Assembly: GCA_000432135.1 (NCBI GenBank)
Contig: HF990602.1
Coordinates: 1 to 51,403, forward strand
Origin: Firmicutes bacterium CAG:124
GTDB taxonomy: Bacteria > Bacillota > Clostridia > Oscillospirales > Oscillospiraceae
Length of the DNA: 51,403 nt
Reading direction: 5' to 3'
Each line of letters starts with the position of its first letter. Within the stretch, counting starts at the first letter, position 1. Under the pieces are notes generated by a model. That model was given only the letters and a program-made list of their open reading frames with translations, searched no databases and had not been told where the DNA came from. Positions 34,124 through 42,847 of this stretch are shown in pieces. A program made the translations under genes and the position numbers.

Positions 34124-35772
34124 ATTACATTCTCGAGTATTGGGAGGCAATCGAGAGCGGAAAGGTAGTCACCTCCCGGCGCGTCCGTGCCGTTTACGAG
34201 CGCCTCGCCCGGGAAATCCGCGAGCCCGATCCGGCCTCTCCGTACTATTTCGACGAGGACGTCGGCGAGCGCCCGATCCTATTCGCGGAGCGGTTTTGCA
34301 AGCAGTCTCAAGGCGTGATCGGCGCCCCTCTCAAACTCGAGCTTTTCCAAAAGGCCTATATTCAAGCCCTTTTCGGTTTCCTCGAGCGGGAAACGGGTTT
34401 CCGCAGATACCGCGAGACAATGTTTCTTGTGGGCCGTAAAAACGGCAAATCGACACTCCTCGCCGCGATTGCGCTCTATATGCTGATCGCGGATTATGAG
34501 GGCGCGGCGGAAATCTACTCTGTCGCCACCAAACGAGACCAGGCGAAAAAAGTCCTTACCGAAGCTATAAACATGGTGAAGCAGTCGCCGGAGCTCCGGG
34601 CCGTCCTGAAAAAGCGGCGGAATGATCTCTATTTTCCGGCCACGGCCTCGACCTTTGAGGCCCTCGCCTCGGACTCTAACACCCTGGACGGCCTGAACTC
34701 TCACGCCGTAATCATTGACGAGCTCCACGCGATAAAGGATCGCGGCCTCTATGAGGTTATGAAACAGTCCACCTCCTCGCGTCGTCAACCGCTCGTTGTG
34801 ATGATTACCACCGCGGGCACCGTCCGCGAGAGCGTTTTCGATAGCCTCTACGAGATCGCTTGCAGAATTGCAGACGGCGAAATGAAGGAGCCGACTTTTC
34901 TCCCGATCCTCTACGAGCTGGACGCCCGCGAGGAGTGGACAGACCCGACCAAATGGCAAAAGGCAAACCCGGGCCTCGGCACGATAAAGCAGTATAAGAC
35001 CCTCGCCGACTTTGTCCAGCGGGCAAAGAACAGCCCTGACGATCTCCCCGGCGTCCTCTGCAAGGATTTCAATATCCGGGAAGTGTCGGCGGCGGTTTGG
35101 CTCTCTTTCGACGCCATCAAGAGCGACCTCCGTTTTGAGTTCCAGGACGTCTATAACACCTACGCCCTCGGCGGATGTGACCTCTCGGCCACGACCGACC
35201 TCACCGCGGCGACGCTCCTCATACGCAAGCCGGGAGACCCGATCGTCTATGTTCTGCAACAATATTTCCTCCCGGAAAAGCGCGTCGCACACCTCGAGGA
35301 GAAGAACACCAACGAGGCCCCATATCGAAAATGGGCCGACCGCGGCCTCCTCACCATCTGCCCGGGAAACCGCGTCAATTATTCCGACGTCACGGCCTGG
35401 TTTTGCCAAATGCGGGACGAGTACAAAATCGACTGTATAAAAGTCGGCTACGACCGGGCCCTCGCGGGTTATTGGGTAGACGAAATGAAATCGAACGGTT
35501 TCGACATGGAGGCCGTCGCCCAGGGCCCCTATACATGGAGTCAGCCCATGCGGGAAATGGGCGCCGCTCTCGAGGGGAAACAGGTCAATTACAACGGAAA
35601 CCCTATGCTCGTATGGTGCTTGACGAATACGGGCGTCAAAAAATCGGGCCTCAACAATATTCAGCCCGTAAAGATCACCGAAAAGCGCAGGATCGACGGT
35701 ATGGTCTCGCTCCTCAACGCCTGGACGATCTACGTCAAGTATTACGAAGATTTCATGTATAACGTGGGGTGA
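34120..35772 (+). CDS. terL: Terminase large subunit
   Basis: VGRKNGKST, IIDELHA, ITTAG, GCDLSATTDLT, RIDG. Confidence 0.95.
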   Translation: MNYILEYWEAIESGKVVTSRRVRAVYERLAREIREPDPASPYYFDEDVGERPILFAERFCKQSQGVIGAPLKLELFQKAYIQALFGFLERETGFRRYRETMFLVGRKNGKSTLLAAIALYMLIADYEGAAEIYSVATKRDQAKKVLTEAINMVKQSPELRAVLKKRRNDLYFPATASTFEALASDSNTLDGLNSHAVIIDELHAIKDRGLYEVMKQSTSSRRQPLVVMITTAGTVRESVFDSLYEIACRIADGEMKEPTFLPILYELDAREEWTDPTKWQKANPGLGTIKQYKTLADFVQRAKNSPDDLPGVLCKDFNIREVSAAVWLSFDAIKSDLRFEFQDVYNTYALGGCDLSATTDLTAATLLIRKPGDPIVYVLQQYFLPEKRVAHLEEKNTNEAPYRKWADRGLLTICPGNRVNYSDVTAWFCQMRDEYKIDCIKVGYDRALAGYWVDEMKSNGFDMEAVAQGPYTWSQPMREMGAALEGKQVNYNGNPMLVWCLTNTGVKKSGLNNIQPVKITEKRRIDGMVSLLNAWTIYVKYYEDFMYNVG

Positions 35773-35776
35773 AAAA

Positions 35777-37063
35777 ATGAACATTCGAGGCCTATTTCAA
35801 AGCATTTTCGGGAAACGCCCCACGGGCGACGGAGGCTCAAACCTCCCGGCGTTTCGGCTCCTCTCCTCTTTCGACTCGAGCTTTACGCCGTTCTCCGGGC
35901 GGGCCTGGGATATTGCGACCGTCCGCGCCGCGGTGGACGCCTGGGCGCGAAACGCGGCCAAAATCCAGCCGAGGCACATTCGGCGGGCGAGCGGGCGCCG
36001 CGAGGATATGTCCGACTATATCAACCGTCTTTTGCAAAGCAAGCCCAACCCATATATGACGGCCTACGCCTTTTATTACCGGGTGGCCGCTCAATTTGCG
36101 GTCTACAACAACGCCTTTATTCTGCCCGTATTCGACGGCGGAAAGCTCACGGCCCTTTACCCGATCAACGCCTCCCGCGTCGATCTCGTCGAGTACATGG
36201 GCCAAATGTACGCCCGCCTCACCTTTGCCACGGGCTCGGTCTATACCGTCCCATACGAGCAGATTATCCACCTCCGCCGTCACTATCTCGATAACGATAT
36301 TTTCGGCGACAACAACACGCCGTTGACGCCCACCCTCGAGACCGCGGACTCGTTCAACAAGAGTATGAGCAAGTTTGCAAAGCTCGTCTCCGTGATCCGC
36401 GGCATACTCAAGGCGAACAGCGTCACCAAACAGGAGGATTTGAACAGCCGCCGCGACGACTTCATTCGAGATAACCTCCGCATGGAGACGAACGGCGCGG
36501 GCGTGATCGTCATTGATAACAAGTACGAATATACGCCCATCACGCAAAAGGAAACGCCCCTCCCGGTCGGACAACTCGAGTTTGTGCGGCGGGAGATTTA
36601 CGACTATTTCGGCGTGAATGAGGACATCGTTCAAAACAAGGCCGACGCCGAAAAAATGGACGCCTTTTATCGCGGCCAGCTCGCCCCGTTTTATATGCAA
36701 CTGGCCCAAGGCCTCACAAATGCCCTCTTTACGGAGCGGGAGCAGGGTTTCGGAAATGAGATTGTTTGCGAGCTGGATCGTATTCAGTTTGAGACCCTCG
36801 ACAAGCGCGTCTCGGCGGCTCAGTTCTTGACAAATATCGGCGCCGTCTCCCTGGATCAAGTTCTCGATATTTTTGGTTTCCCGCCCATCGGCGGCGAGGA
36901 GGGCGCCCGCAGGGTGCAGACGTTGAACATGGTAAACGCCGATATTATCGACAAATACCAGCTCGGGAGCACGGGCCAGACGACGGAGACCGACCCTCCG
37001 CCCGCTGATCCGCCGAAAGACCCCGAGCCGACAGAGCCGAAAACAGGAAAGGAGGGGCAGTAA
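35777..37063 (+). CDS. Portal protein (HK97 family)
   Basis: PNPYMTAYAF, NNAFILP, IIHLR; position after terL. Confidence 0.92.
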   Translation: MNIRGLFQSIFGKRPTGDGGSNLPAFRLLSSFDSSFTPFSGRAWDIATVRAAVDAWARNAAKIQPRHIRRASGRREDMSDYINRLLQSKPNPYMTAYAFYYRVAAQFAVYNNAFILPVFDGGKLTALYPINASRVDLVEYMGQMYARLTFATGSVYTVPYEQIIHLRRHYLDNDIFGDNNTPLTPTLETADSFNKSMSKFAKLVSVIRGILKANSVTKQEDLNSRRDDFIRDNLRMETNGAGVIVIDNKYEYTPITQKETPLPVGQLEFVRREIYDYFGVNEDIVQNKADAEKMDAFYRGQLAPFYMQLAQGLTNALFTEREQGFGNEIVCELDRIQFETLDKRVSAAQFLTNIGAVSLDQVLDIFGFPPIGGEEGARRVQTLNMVNADIIDKYQLGSTGQTTETDPPPADPPKDPEPTEPKTGKEGQ

Positions 37064-37672
37064 ATGCCTATCAAGAAAGGCCGAGAATATAGAGCCTTGC
37101 AAGATTTCTCTCTTATTCCACGCGAGGGGGAAAACGACGCATATCGCGTCCGTGGTACGGCGGTAGTGTTCGACTCCCCGACGTGCCTTTACGAGTATGA
37201 CGGAGTCAAATATTACGAGGTGATCGACCGCCACGCCTTTGACGGGTGCGATATGTCCGACGTGATTATGAATTATAACCACGGCGGAAAGGTGGTCGCC
37301 CGCCTCCGTAATAAGACTCTGAGCCTCAATATCACCGACCGCGGCGTCGATATGGAGGCCGATCTCTCCGGCACCGCCGCGGGCCGTGATCTCTACGAGG
37401 AGATCGACGGCGGCTATATCGACAAAATGAGTTTTTCGTTCTCCGTGCGCGAGTCCAAGTATGACAACGTCACGCACACCCGGACGATTACTAAAATCCG
37501 CAAGCTGTACGACGTCTCCGCGGTGGATATTCCCGCGTATGAGGAGACGTCCCTCTCCGCACGATCCTTTTTCGAGGTGGAGCACTCGAAAGAGGTTAAG
37601 GTTTTGGAGCAAGCCGCGAGGCGGCGGAGGCTTTTAGCTCGCACTCGTACCTACTCACATACTGACGAATGA
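37064..37672 (+). CDS. Prohead protease (HK97 family)
   Basis: GTAVVFD, NYNH, KMSFSF, LYDVSAVDIPAY. Confidence 0.92.
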   Translation: MPIKKGREYRALQDFSLIPREGENDAYRVRGTAVVFDSPTCLYEYDGVKYYEVIDRHAFDGCDMSDVIMNYNHGGKVVARLRNKTLSLNITDRGVDMEADLSGTAAGRDLYEEIDGGYIDKMSFSFSVRESKYDNVTHTRTITKIRKLYDVSAVDIPAYEETSLSARSFFEVEHSKEVKVLEQAARRRRLLARTRTYSHTDE

Positions 37673-37687
37673 CAGGAGGAAAGAACC

Positions 37688-39025
37688 ATGTTTGAAAAAA
37701 GACGTAAGGAAATCGCAAAGCGCCGCGCCGAAATCCGCGCCATGCTGGCCGGAACCGACGAGGTCGATATGGACGCCCTCGAGCGTGAGCTCGACGACCT
37801 GGACAAAGAGGAGCGCGAGCTCGACCGCAGAGAGGCCGCGACCCGCCGCCTCAATGGCGGCATTGATCCCCACCAGGGCGAGCGCGGCGGCCACGGCGAC
37901 CGTGGCTCCGGCGACGAGGGCGATCCCACCCCGGGCCCCGTCAATCCCATTACTGGCCGCGGCGGCGCTCACGGCGAAGCGGCGGGCGGTGGCCTGCCTT
38001 ATGGCGTAAACGCTCGAGCGGCCCGCATGGCCGACTTGCAGGGTATCGGCGTCGGTGAGGTCGAGGCCCGCGCCCAGCGTTTCGCGACTGAGCACCGCAT
38101 GGAGATCACGACCGAGGCCCTCCACCGTTCCCTGACGCTGTCCGGGGGCAATATCGCCCAGCCGTCCCGCGTCTCCGGCATTAACCCTGGTCAGAATGTC
38201 GTTTCCGGGATCGTCGATATGGTGCGCGTCGTCCCTGCTGACGGTATGGGCGAGGACTCCGTAGCCTACGAGGTGAGCGGCGGTCAGACCGCGGCCACCA
38301 AGAAAGACGACGGCTCCGCCACCCCCGAAAGCACTCCGAACCTCAAGATCGCTAAGATCGTGCCGACCCTGGTAACGACCCTCTCCTATGTCTCCCGCAA
38401 TATCCAGCGCACGACCCCGCTCAACTATCAGGATCGCGTTTCCGCGTCCGCCCTGAACGCTCTCCGCGCCAAGACGGGAACCCTGATCGTTACGGGCAAC
38501 CCTGCCGCCACGATCCCCGAGCCCACGGGTATTCTCAAGGCCGCGGCCATCAGCGCCGGAACCGACCTCGAGATTTCCTCCATTGACGAGACCACGCTCC
38601 GCAAGATCGCTCTCAGCTACGGCGGCGCGAAGAACGTCGAGGGCGGCGGCGTCCTCTTGCTGAACAAGACCGACCTGATCGCGTTCGGTGACGTCCGCGG
38701 CACCAACGAGAAAAAGGCGGTCTATGAGATCGAGTTCTCCGAGGAAAGCACCACCACGGGCACCATCAAGGACGGCGGCCTCGCCGTGAAGTTCTGCATT
38801 GTGGACGATCTTCCCGCGCTGTCTGCCTCCGGCACCGCCGCGGCGTCCTACTGCATGGCATACGGCAAGCCCTACGCCTATCAGCTCGATTTGTTCGGCC
38901 CCTACTCCGTGGAAGTCTCCCGCGATTACAAATTCGCCGAGGGTCTCCTCGCTGTCATGGGCGAGGCCATGATCGGCGGTAACGTCGTCACCGAAAACGG
39001 CTTTATCCGCGTAAAAAAAGCATAG
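37688..39025 (+). CDS. Major capsid protein (HK97 fold, N-terminal scaffold domain)
   Basis: Coiled-coil N-terminus, position after protease, C-terminal VEVSRDYKF...GGNVV..GF. Confidence 0.9.
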   Translation: MFEKRRKEIAKRRAEIRAMLAGTDEVDMDALERELDDLDKEERELDRREAATRRLNGGIDPHQGERGGHGDRGSGDEGDPTPGPVNPITGRGGAHGEAAGGGLPYGVNARAARMADLQGIGVGEVEARAQRFATEHRMEITTEALHRSLTLSGGNIAQPSRVSGINPGQNVVSGIVDMVRVVPADGMGEDSVAYEVSGGQTAATKKDDGSATPESTPNLKIAKIVPTLVTTLSYVSRNIQRTTPLNYQDRVSASALNALRAKTGTLIVTGNPAATIPEPTGILKAAAISAGTDLEISSIDETTLRKIALSYGGAKNVEGGGVLLLNKTDLIAFGDVRGTNEKKAVYEIEFSEESTTTGTIKDGGLAVKFCIVDDLPALSASGTAAASYCMAYGKPYAYQLDLFGPYSVEVSRDYKFAEGLLAVMGEAMIGGNVVTENGFIRVKKA

Positions 39026-39285
39026 TTCCATCGGCCAAGACTGAGACGCCCGCGGCGAACCCTGCCGCGGGCCCGGTCGCCAGCGGTACGGAGGTAGAGC
39101 TCTCCTCTGCGACCGATGGAGCGAGGATTTATTACACGCTGGACAAGTCCAACCCGACGCAGTCGTCCACCCTCTACGAGAACAAGATCACCATTACGGA
39201 GGCCGTGACGATCAAGGCGAAAGCCTACGCGGACGGGCATACCGCCTCGGACGTCCTGACGGCGGAGTACACGATCTCGGGTTAA
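39013..39285 (+). CDS. -1 frameshift extension of the capsid: Ig-like Fn3-associated/CHB_HEX_C domain
   Basis: Slippery A AAA AAA at 39013-39019; start-less -1 frame encodes TPAANPAAG..VELSSATDGARIYYTLDKSNPT...TIKAKA...SDVLTAEYTI. Confidence 0.8.
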   Translation, partial: KKSIVPSAKTETPAANPAAGPVASGTEVELSSATDGARIYYTLDKSNPTQSSTLYENKITITEAVTIKAKAYADGHTASDVLTAEYTISG

Positions 39286-39295
39286 GGAGGGCGCC

Positions 39296-39631
39296 ATGAG
39301 CGAGCAAGCGAACACAACCGCCGCGGCGGAGGTCTCCTCGGAGTACCTCTCCGATATTCGTCTCCGGGTGCGCTCGTCCGTCGATAAGCTGGACGGGGAG
39401 ATTAAAGACCTGATCCTCGCCGCCCGCGCCGATCTCGTGCGCGGCGGCGTCCTCCCGGCCAGGGCGGCGGACGAGGACGATCCGCTCGTAAAGCAAGCGA
39501 TCTCGACCTATGTCAAGGCGGAGTTTGGCCTCGACAACGACGACGCGGATAAATACCGGGCCTCGTTCAGGAGTCAAAAGATTGCGCTCTCTATGGCCTC
39601 GGAGTATATCGAACCCACGGAGGAGGTGTAG
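39296..39631 (+). CDS. Head-tail connector (gp6-like)
   Basis: LDGEIKDLILAARADL, DPLVKQAI..YVKAEFG. Confidence 0.85.
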   Translation: MSEQANTTAAAEVSSEYLSDIRLRVRSSVDKLDGEIKDLILAARADLVRGGVLPARAADEDDPLVKQAISTYVKAEFGLDNDDADKYRASFRSQKIALSMASEYIEPTEEV

Positions 39632-39636
39632 CTCTC

Positions 39637-39981
39637 GTGTATTGGCGAGATATTGCGACCCTCGTCGGCGTGAAAAAAACGGTCAACGAAAACGGCTACA
39701 AGGTCGAGACCGAAGCACGGCGGGAGGTTTTCGTCAACAAGAAATCCGCGACCCGATCCGAGTTCTACGCCGCCAAACAGGCCGGAGACAAAATCGCCCT
39801 CGTCCTCGAGGTGCGAGGATCGGACTACGAGGGCGAGACCCGGATCGAATACGGCGGAAACCCCTATGAGGTCGTGAGGACGTACACCCGAGCGGGAGAG
39901 GTTATCGAGCTTAATTGCAAAGAGGCCCCGAAGCCCGCCAAGGGCGCCCAGGACGGCGGCGGAGAGGGGGCGGCGGTATGA
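39637..39981 (+). CDS. Head closure / head-tail adaptor
   Basis: SATRSEFYAAKQAG, YEVVRTY. Confidence 0.85.
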   Translation: MYWRDIATLVGVKKTVNENGYKVETEARREVFVNKKSATRSEFYAAKQAGDKIALVLEVRGSDYEGETRIEYGGNPYEVVRTYTRAGEVIELNCKEAPKPAKGAQDGGGEGAAV

Positions 39982-40310
39982 CGGTCAATAGCCTACTGAA
40001 AGCCGCTCTCGAGCCCGTGGCGCCCGTCGAGGCCGACACCTACGAGGGCACCGAGCCGACCTATATCACATTCGGGTACATATCCACCCCGACCGATTTC
40101 GGCGACGACGAGCCGGAGCATGAGCTTTTCTCGATCTCCGTTCACCTATTCGCCCCGACAGGCGAGGACACTATCGAGAAGCGGCGGGCCATTAAAAAAG
40201 CCCTGGCCGCGGCGGGCACTACCTGGCCGAGCTATACCAACGCCTCGGACAAAGAGGGTCAGCACCACGTTTTCGAGTGTCAGCTCGCCCGGGGAGTGGG
40301 GGCGGAATAA
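39978..40310 (+). CDS. Putative tail terminator/completion protein
   Basis: Position; YEGTEPTYITF, FGDD, HHVFEC. Confidence 0.7.
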   Translation: MTVNSLLKAALEPVAPVEADTYEGTEPTYITFGYISTPTDFGDDEPEHELFSISVHLFAPTGEDTIEKRRAIKKALAAAGTTWPSYTNASDKEGQHHVFECQLARGVGAE

Positions 40311-40729
40311 TGGGAACCATGTCCGTTTCCGGCCTCGACGACCTGATCGGCGATCTCGACGAACTGGCCCGCCTCCCGGACTCCGTAACGGATCAAATGC
40401 TCAACGCAGAGGCCGACGTAATCGAGGCCGCCCAGCGGTCGGAGGCGTCGAGAATGTGGAAAGGCCCGTATTATACGGGCACGACCGCCGCCTCGATCAA
40501 AAAGGGCAAGATCAAGCGGACGGGGCTCGACAAGTCGATCACCGTTGCCCCGCAGGGCCACAATAAGCGCGGCACCCGTAACGCGGAGGTCGCCTTTGTG
40601 AATGAGTTCGGCAAAAGAGGCCAACCGGGCCGCCCCGCCCTCAAAACCGCGAACGAGCGGAAAGAACAAGAAGCCGTTGCGGCGGGCGAGAAAGTCTATC
40701 ACGCCTACCTGGACGGCAAAAAACTTTAA
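40310..40729 (+). CDS. HK97 gp10-like neck protein
   Basis: VSGLDDL, TGTTAASI, AFVNEFG. Confidence 0.8.
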   Translation: MGTMSVSGLDDLIGDLDELARLPDSVTDQMLNAEADVIEAAQRSEASRMWKGPYYTGTTAASIKKGKIKRTGLDKSITVAPQGHNKRGTRNAEVAFVNEFGKRGQPGRPALKTANERKEQEAVAAGEKVYHAYLDGKKL

Positions 40730-40750
40730 TTCTCAATAGGAGGTTTTACT

Positions 40751-41320
40751 ATGGCAAGTTTCGGAGCTAAGTATCCGCATTTCTCCAAGATCAAGACAGA
40801 GCCGGACGACGCCCTCCCCACCTACGAGGGCCCGGTCAATATTGGCCGCCTCGTCAAGGCTGATCTCACCGTAAACCTTGCCTCCGGCAAGCTCTACGCC
40901 GACGACGAGCTCGCCGAGAGCGTGGACGAGTTCTCGTCCGGCTCGGTGGCTATGGAGACCGACGACATGACGGACGACGTCGCGGCGGAGGTCTACGGAT
41001 GTACCGTCGAGGAGAAGAAAGTCCACTACAAGGCGGGCGACTCCGCGCCGCTGGGCGGTCTCGCCTATTACAAAGTCCTTATGCGCAAGGGTGTGAAGCT
41101 CTTTAAGGGCTATTTCTATCCCAGGGTTAAGGCCGTGCTCGGAAATGATAACGCCGCCACCAAGGCGGACTCTATCACGTTCGGTACGAACTCCACGACC
41201 TTTACGGTTTTCCGTTGCAACTCCGACGATTGGAGAATTACGGAGGAGCTCACCACCGAGGCCGCGGCGAAAGCCTGGGTAAAGGAACAGCTCAAGGAAA
41301 CCGTCACACCGGGCGGCTAA
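40751..41320 (+). CDS. Major tail protein
   Basis: LYADDELAES, TKADSITF; position. Confidence 0.85.
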   Translation: MASFGAKYPHFSKIKTEPDDALPTYEGPVNIGRLVKADLTVNLASGKLYADDELAESVDEFSSGSVAMETDDMTDDVAAEVYGCTVEEKKVHYKAGDSAPLGGLAYYKVLMRKGVKLFKGYFYPRVKAVLGNDNAATKADSITFGTNSTTFTVFRCNSDDWRITEELTTEAAAKAWVKEQLKETVTPGG

Positions 41321-41330
41321 AGCTGACGCA

Positions 41331-41363
41331 GGGGGGCGGGGATTTCCCTCGCCTCCCTATTTT
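41331..41363 (+). terminator. Terminator after the major tail gene
   Basis: ggggggcgggg-atttc-cctcgcctccc then tatttt. Confidence 0.55.
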
Positions 41364-41383
41364 CACACTTTGGAGGGCATACC

Positions 41384-41776
41384 ATGAAAGCCGTAAAAAT
41401 CACCCTCGCCGGGAGAACGCAATACCTCGCCTATACCGGGGAGGCCATGTTTCAACTGCAAGAAAAATTCGGCACCGCGGCGGAACTCCTCGGGGCCATT
41501 GGCAAAAACACGCGGGACGGCCTCTCCGTAGCTTGTGAGGCCGCGGCCATTTTGGCCGAGCAAGGCGAGCTCGCCCGCCGACACCTGGGCTATGACAAGG
41601 GGCCGATCATTGAGGCGGCCACGATCCGGGCCACTATTACCCCGAGCGAGATCGCGGCCCTCAAGCTCGCGATCCCCGCCGCTATGGAGCTCGGCTATGG
41701 CCGGGAGGTCGTCGAAGAAAACGACGAGATCGACCTCGGCCTCGCCGAGCTGAACGCGCAAAAAAAAACGACGTGA
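41384..41776 (+). CDS. Tail assembly chaperone (lambda gpG analogue)
   Basis: Between major tail and TMP genes; ends at an A9 slippery run. Confidence 0.8.
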   Translation: MKAVKITLAGRTQYLAYTGEAMFQLQEKFGTAAELLGAIGKNTRDGLSVACEAAAILAEQGELARRHLGYDKGPIIEAATIRATITPSEIAALKLAIPAAMELGYGREVVEENDEIDLGLAELNAQKKTT

Positions 41777-41916
41777 CACGCGCCCACTATGGGCGGATCG
41801 CGGCGTTATGTGGCGTCTCCCGGAAAGAGGCGCTCCTCATGCCTCCGGGGGAATTATTCGATATGTGGGAGCTATGGCTCCGGGCCCGCGGCAAAAAGGC
41901 CACTCAGGACGATTAA
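41760..41916 (+). CDS. -1 frameshift extension of the tail chaperone (gpGT analogue)
   Basis: A9 at 41760-41768; -1 frame NDVTRAHYGRIAALCGVSRKEALLMPPGELFDMWELW...DD*. Confidence 0.8.
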
Positions 41917-41959
41917 AAGGGGCCGCCGCGTGACAGCAACGGCCCCTCCTCGGGAGTTT

Positions 41960-42727
41960 TTATTCGTGATAGGCATACACACCGCAGGGCCCGCCCAGGG
42001 CGTCAGAAAAGCCGGAATAGACGAAATAGACGGTTATCTCCGCCCCCTCGTCAATCTCGGGAATATTGACCGAGACGGCGGAAATATAGAGGGCTCCGTA
42101 CTCCGTGGAGAGCTGGATCGTATCATAACCTCCGACGTCGGAGCGGGAGACGATCTCTCCGCGAACCCAAAACGGAGTATCGGCGAGGCCGTTCTCGTCG
42201 GCGGCGGTGGTGAAAATCGCGCCGTCTACGGGATAGAAACGGTTTTCCTCGACGAGGGCCTCTTGCTGTATGCTCGGGCGCGGAATACTCCGGGCCTCGT
42301 CGGATTGTTCGGTCTCCGCTCCTCTCTCCCTCAAAGCCGCTATTGTATCGGCGTCATAGGTGCAGGGCGTAAAGACAGGCTCCGCGCCGCGAGATTTTTC
42401 CTCGAGCATACCCACGGAAAACGAGCCGACGTCCTCGACGTCGCTCGGGAGGCCGTAAAACCATACCGTGTGCAGATCGTAGGAGTCGGCGGAACAGAGT
42501 TCCCCGAAAACGGCCCTCATTTCCTCCTCGGTCGCGCCGTCGCCGATTGCCACGCGATACCCGATCCCGGTCGTCCCGTTTTGGACGTATCGGTCGGAGT
42601 TTATGAACGAATATTCCGGGACGGCGGTCGTCGGCTCCTCCGGCACGGAGGGCGCCTCGCCGCTGGAACACGCTCCGAGGCATAAGCACATAGCAAGCAC
42701 AAGCGCCAAAAAAGAAAGTTTCCTCAT
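41960..42727 (-). CDS. Moron-like lipoprotein inverted within the tail operon
   Basis: GGAGGT RBS; MRKLSFLALVLAMCLCLGAC lipobox; own promoter. Confidence 0.8.
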   Translation of the reverse strand: MRKLSFLALVLAMCLCLGACSSGEAPSVPEEPTTAVPEYSFINSDRYVQNGTTGIGYRVAIGDGATEEEMRAVFGELCSADSYDLHTVWFYGLPSDVEDVGSFSVGMLEEKSRGAEPVFTPCTYDADTIAALRERGAETEQSDEARSIPRPSIQQEALVEENRFYPVDGAIFTTAADENGLADTPFWVRGEIVSRSDVGGYDTIQLSTEYGALYISAVSVNIPEIDEGAEITVYFVYSGFSDALGGPCGVYAYHE

Positions 42728-42775
42728 ACTGAACACCTCCAACATAAAGCGAAAATATTTGCATTTCATAGGGCA

Positions 42776-42804
42776 AGTATAACCCGCCTTTATGGGAATA
42801 GCAA
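42776..42804 (-). promoter_or_regulatory. Sigma-A promoter of the moron
   Basis: TTGCTA-17 nt-TATACT; overlapped by IR tatgggaata/tattcccata (42791-42827). Confidence 0.7.
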
Positions 42805-42847
42805 GTAAATTATTGAGTATTCCCATACACGAAAGGAGCCTCGCCGT

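Noticed and set aside
6115..39031. Long antisense ORFs (e.g. 6115-7545, 7573-9162, 10518-12026, 16259-17770, 34279-35784, 35837-37612, 37655-39031)
   Set aside because: Shadows of GC-rich genes on the opposite strand, with no motifs or RBS
39023..39100. Amber read-through or recoding of the capsid TAG
   Set aside because: The in-frame continuation (FHRPRLRRPRR...) is short and domain-free; the Ig-like domain is in the -1 frame, and TAG acts as a normal stop elsewhere in the phage
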